DNA from: Verrucomicrobiota bacterium
GTDB lineage: Bacteria > Verrucomicrobiota > Verrucomicrobiia > Chthoniobacterales > UBA10450
Assembly (NCBI GenBank): GCA_003218785.1
Contig: QHOM01000031.1
Span: forward strand, 1-34,216
Direction: 5' to 3'
Length of the DNA: 34,216 nt
Of the stretch, positions 33,891-34,216 are shown piece by piece (position 1 is the first letter of the stretch; every line of letters begins with the position of its first letter). The position numbers and the translations under genes are program-made. The notes below the pieces were generated by a model. That model was not told the origin of the DNA and ran no database searches. It saw only the letters and a list, made by a program, of their open reading frames with translations.

Positions 33891-33947
33891 ATGGCAAAGA
33901 AAAAGAAAGCAGCAAAGAAAAAATCAGCGAAGAAAAAGAGGCACTAA
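33891..33947 (+). CDS. candidate 18-aa lysine-rich small ORF (MAKKKKAAKKKSAKKKRH)
   Basis: The ATG is preceded by AAGGGGGG (33875-33882) at SD-like spacing, and the stop is TAA. A structured 3' region and a canonical terminator follow. There is no homology evidence. Confidence 0.35.
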   Translation: MAKKKKAAKKKSAKKKRH

Positions 33948-34004
33948 GCCCAACGCTCGATAACGGTCCCGAATTCCTTCGGGGTCACAACCCCTAACTT
34001 CAAC

Positions 34005-34038
34005 CCGGGAGGAGAATTTATTTTCCTCCCGGTTTTTT
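34005..34038 (+). terminator. rho-independent terminator
   Basis: A 9-bp GC-rich stem, CCGGGAGGA (34005-34013) / TCCTCCCGG (34024-34032), is followed directly by T6 (34033-34038). Confidence 0.75.
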
Positions 34039-34135
34039 CTGCCCTTTGATTTCTGTAGCGGCTTCGCTCTGTGAAGCGCGAGGCTAATGTGTTTAACCCC
34101 AACGTATGGCGCCGTCCACAGGGCGGCGACTACAG

Positions 34136-34165
34136 CGGAAGAAGTTATTTTTCCTCCGGGTTTTT
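34136..34165 (+). terminator. second, weaker terminator-like hairpin related in sequence to the first
   Basis: CGGAAGAA (34136-34143) pairs with TTCCTCCG (34151-34158) at 7 of 8 positions, followed by GG and T5. It shares TTATTTTTCCTCC(C)GG(G)TTTTT with the first terminator. Confidence 0.4.
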
Positions 34166-34216
34166 CTCGATCCGCGCACGATTAACGATGTCGATCTTGC
34201 GTCAATTTCGATTTCC

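Noticed and set aside
34182-34216. Possible 3' end of a minus-strand gene at the right edge (TAA at 34182-34184 in one frame)
   Set aside because: Only ~11 codons are visible and another frame is also open. There is not enough sequence to support a call.

Overview
This is a densely coding 34.2-kb chromosomal window. I found no rRNA, tRNA, CRISPR array, transposase, integrase or phage gene. All family calls come from reading motifs in the translations; no search was run.

Most of the window is housekeeping:
- ribE, aroD and a dGTPase-like HD hydrolase
- a pdhA-pdhB-pdhC pyruvate dehydrogenase operon
- rpsT, an L,D-transpeptidase and a processive GT2 synthase
- a Cache/PAS hybrid histidine kinase and an HU-like protein
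- rnhC and mutY
- yicC-gmk-coaC-coaB

The gene content (RNase HIII, a DUF6580 protein, a fused membrane/SpeE-like protein) and the weak Shine-Dalgarno usage suggest a PVC or Verrucomicrobia-like bacterium. That is inference only.

The least ordinary part is the left 10 kb:
- A TonB-dependent receptor gene runs off the left edge. It is preceded by a 98-bp tandem repeat carrying promoter- and operator-like modules.
- A co-directional envelope locus follows: a 977-aa polytopic-membrane/SpeE-like fusion protein, two GT-C-type membrane glycosyltransferases and a SAM methyltransferase.
- A membrane-anchored CheR-like methyltransferase lies next to it on the opposite strand.

This locus matches no pathway I can name and is my best candidate for an uncharacterised system.

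Second-tier observations:
- Three genes look split by single-nucleotide events: the DUF2142-like GT-C gene, an ArsB/NhaD permease at a C5 run, and coaBC.
- A methyltransferase appears to carry an in-frame loss of a core strand.
- About 0.8 kb upstream of the kinase has no intact ORF but holds protein-like pieces in all three forward frames.
- The pdhB-pdhC spacer holds a TTACAA-repeat hairpin.
- A DUF6580 membrane gene is translationally coupled to pdhA.
- A lysine-rich 18-codon sORF has a Shine-Dalgarno sequence and a canonical terminator.
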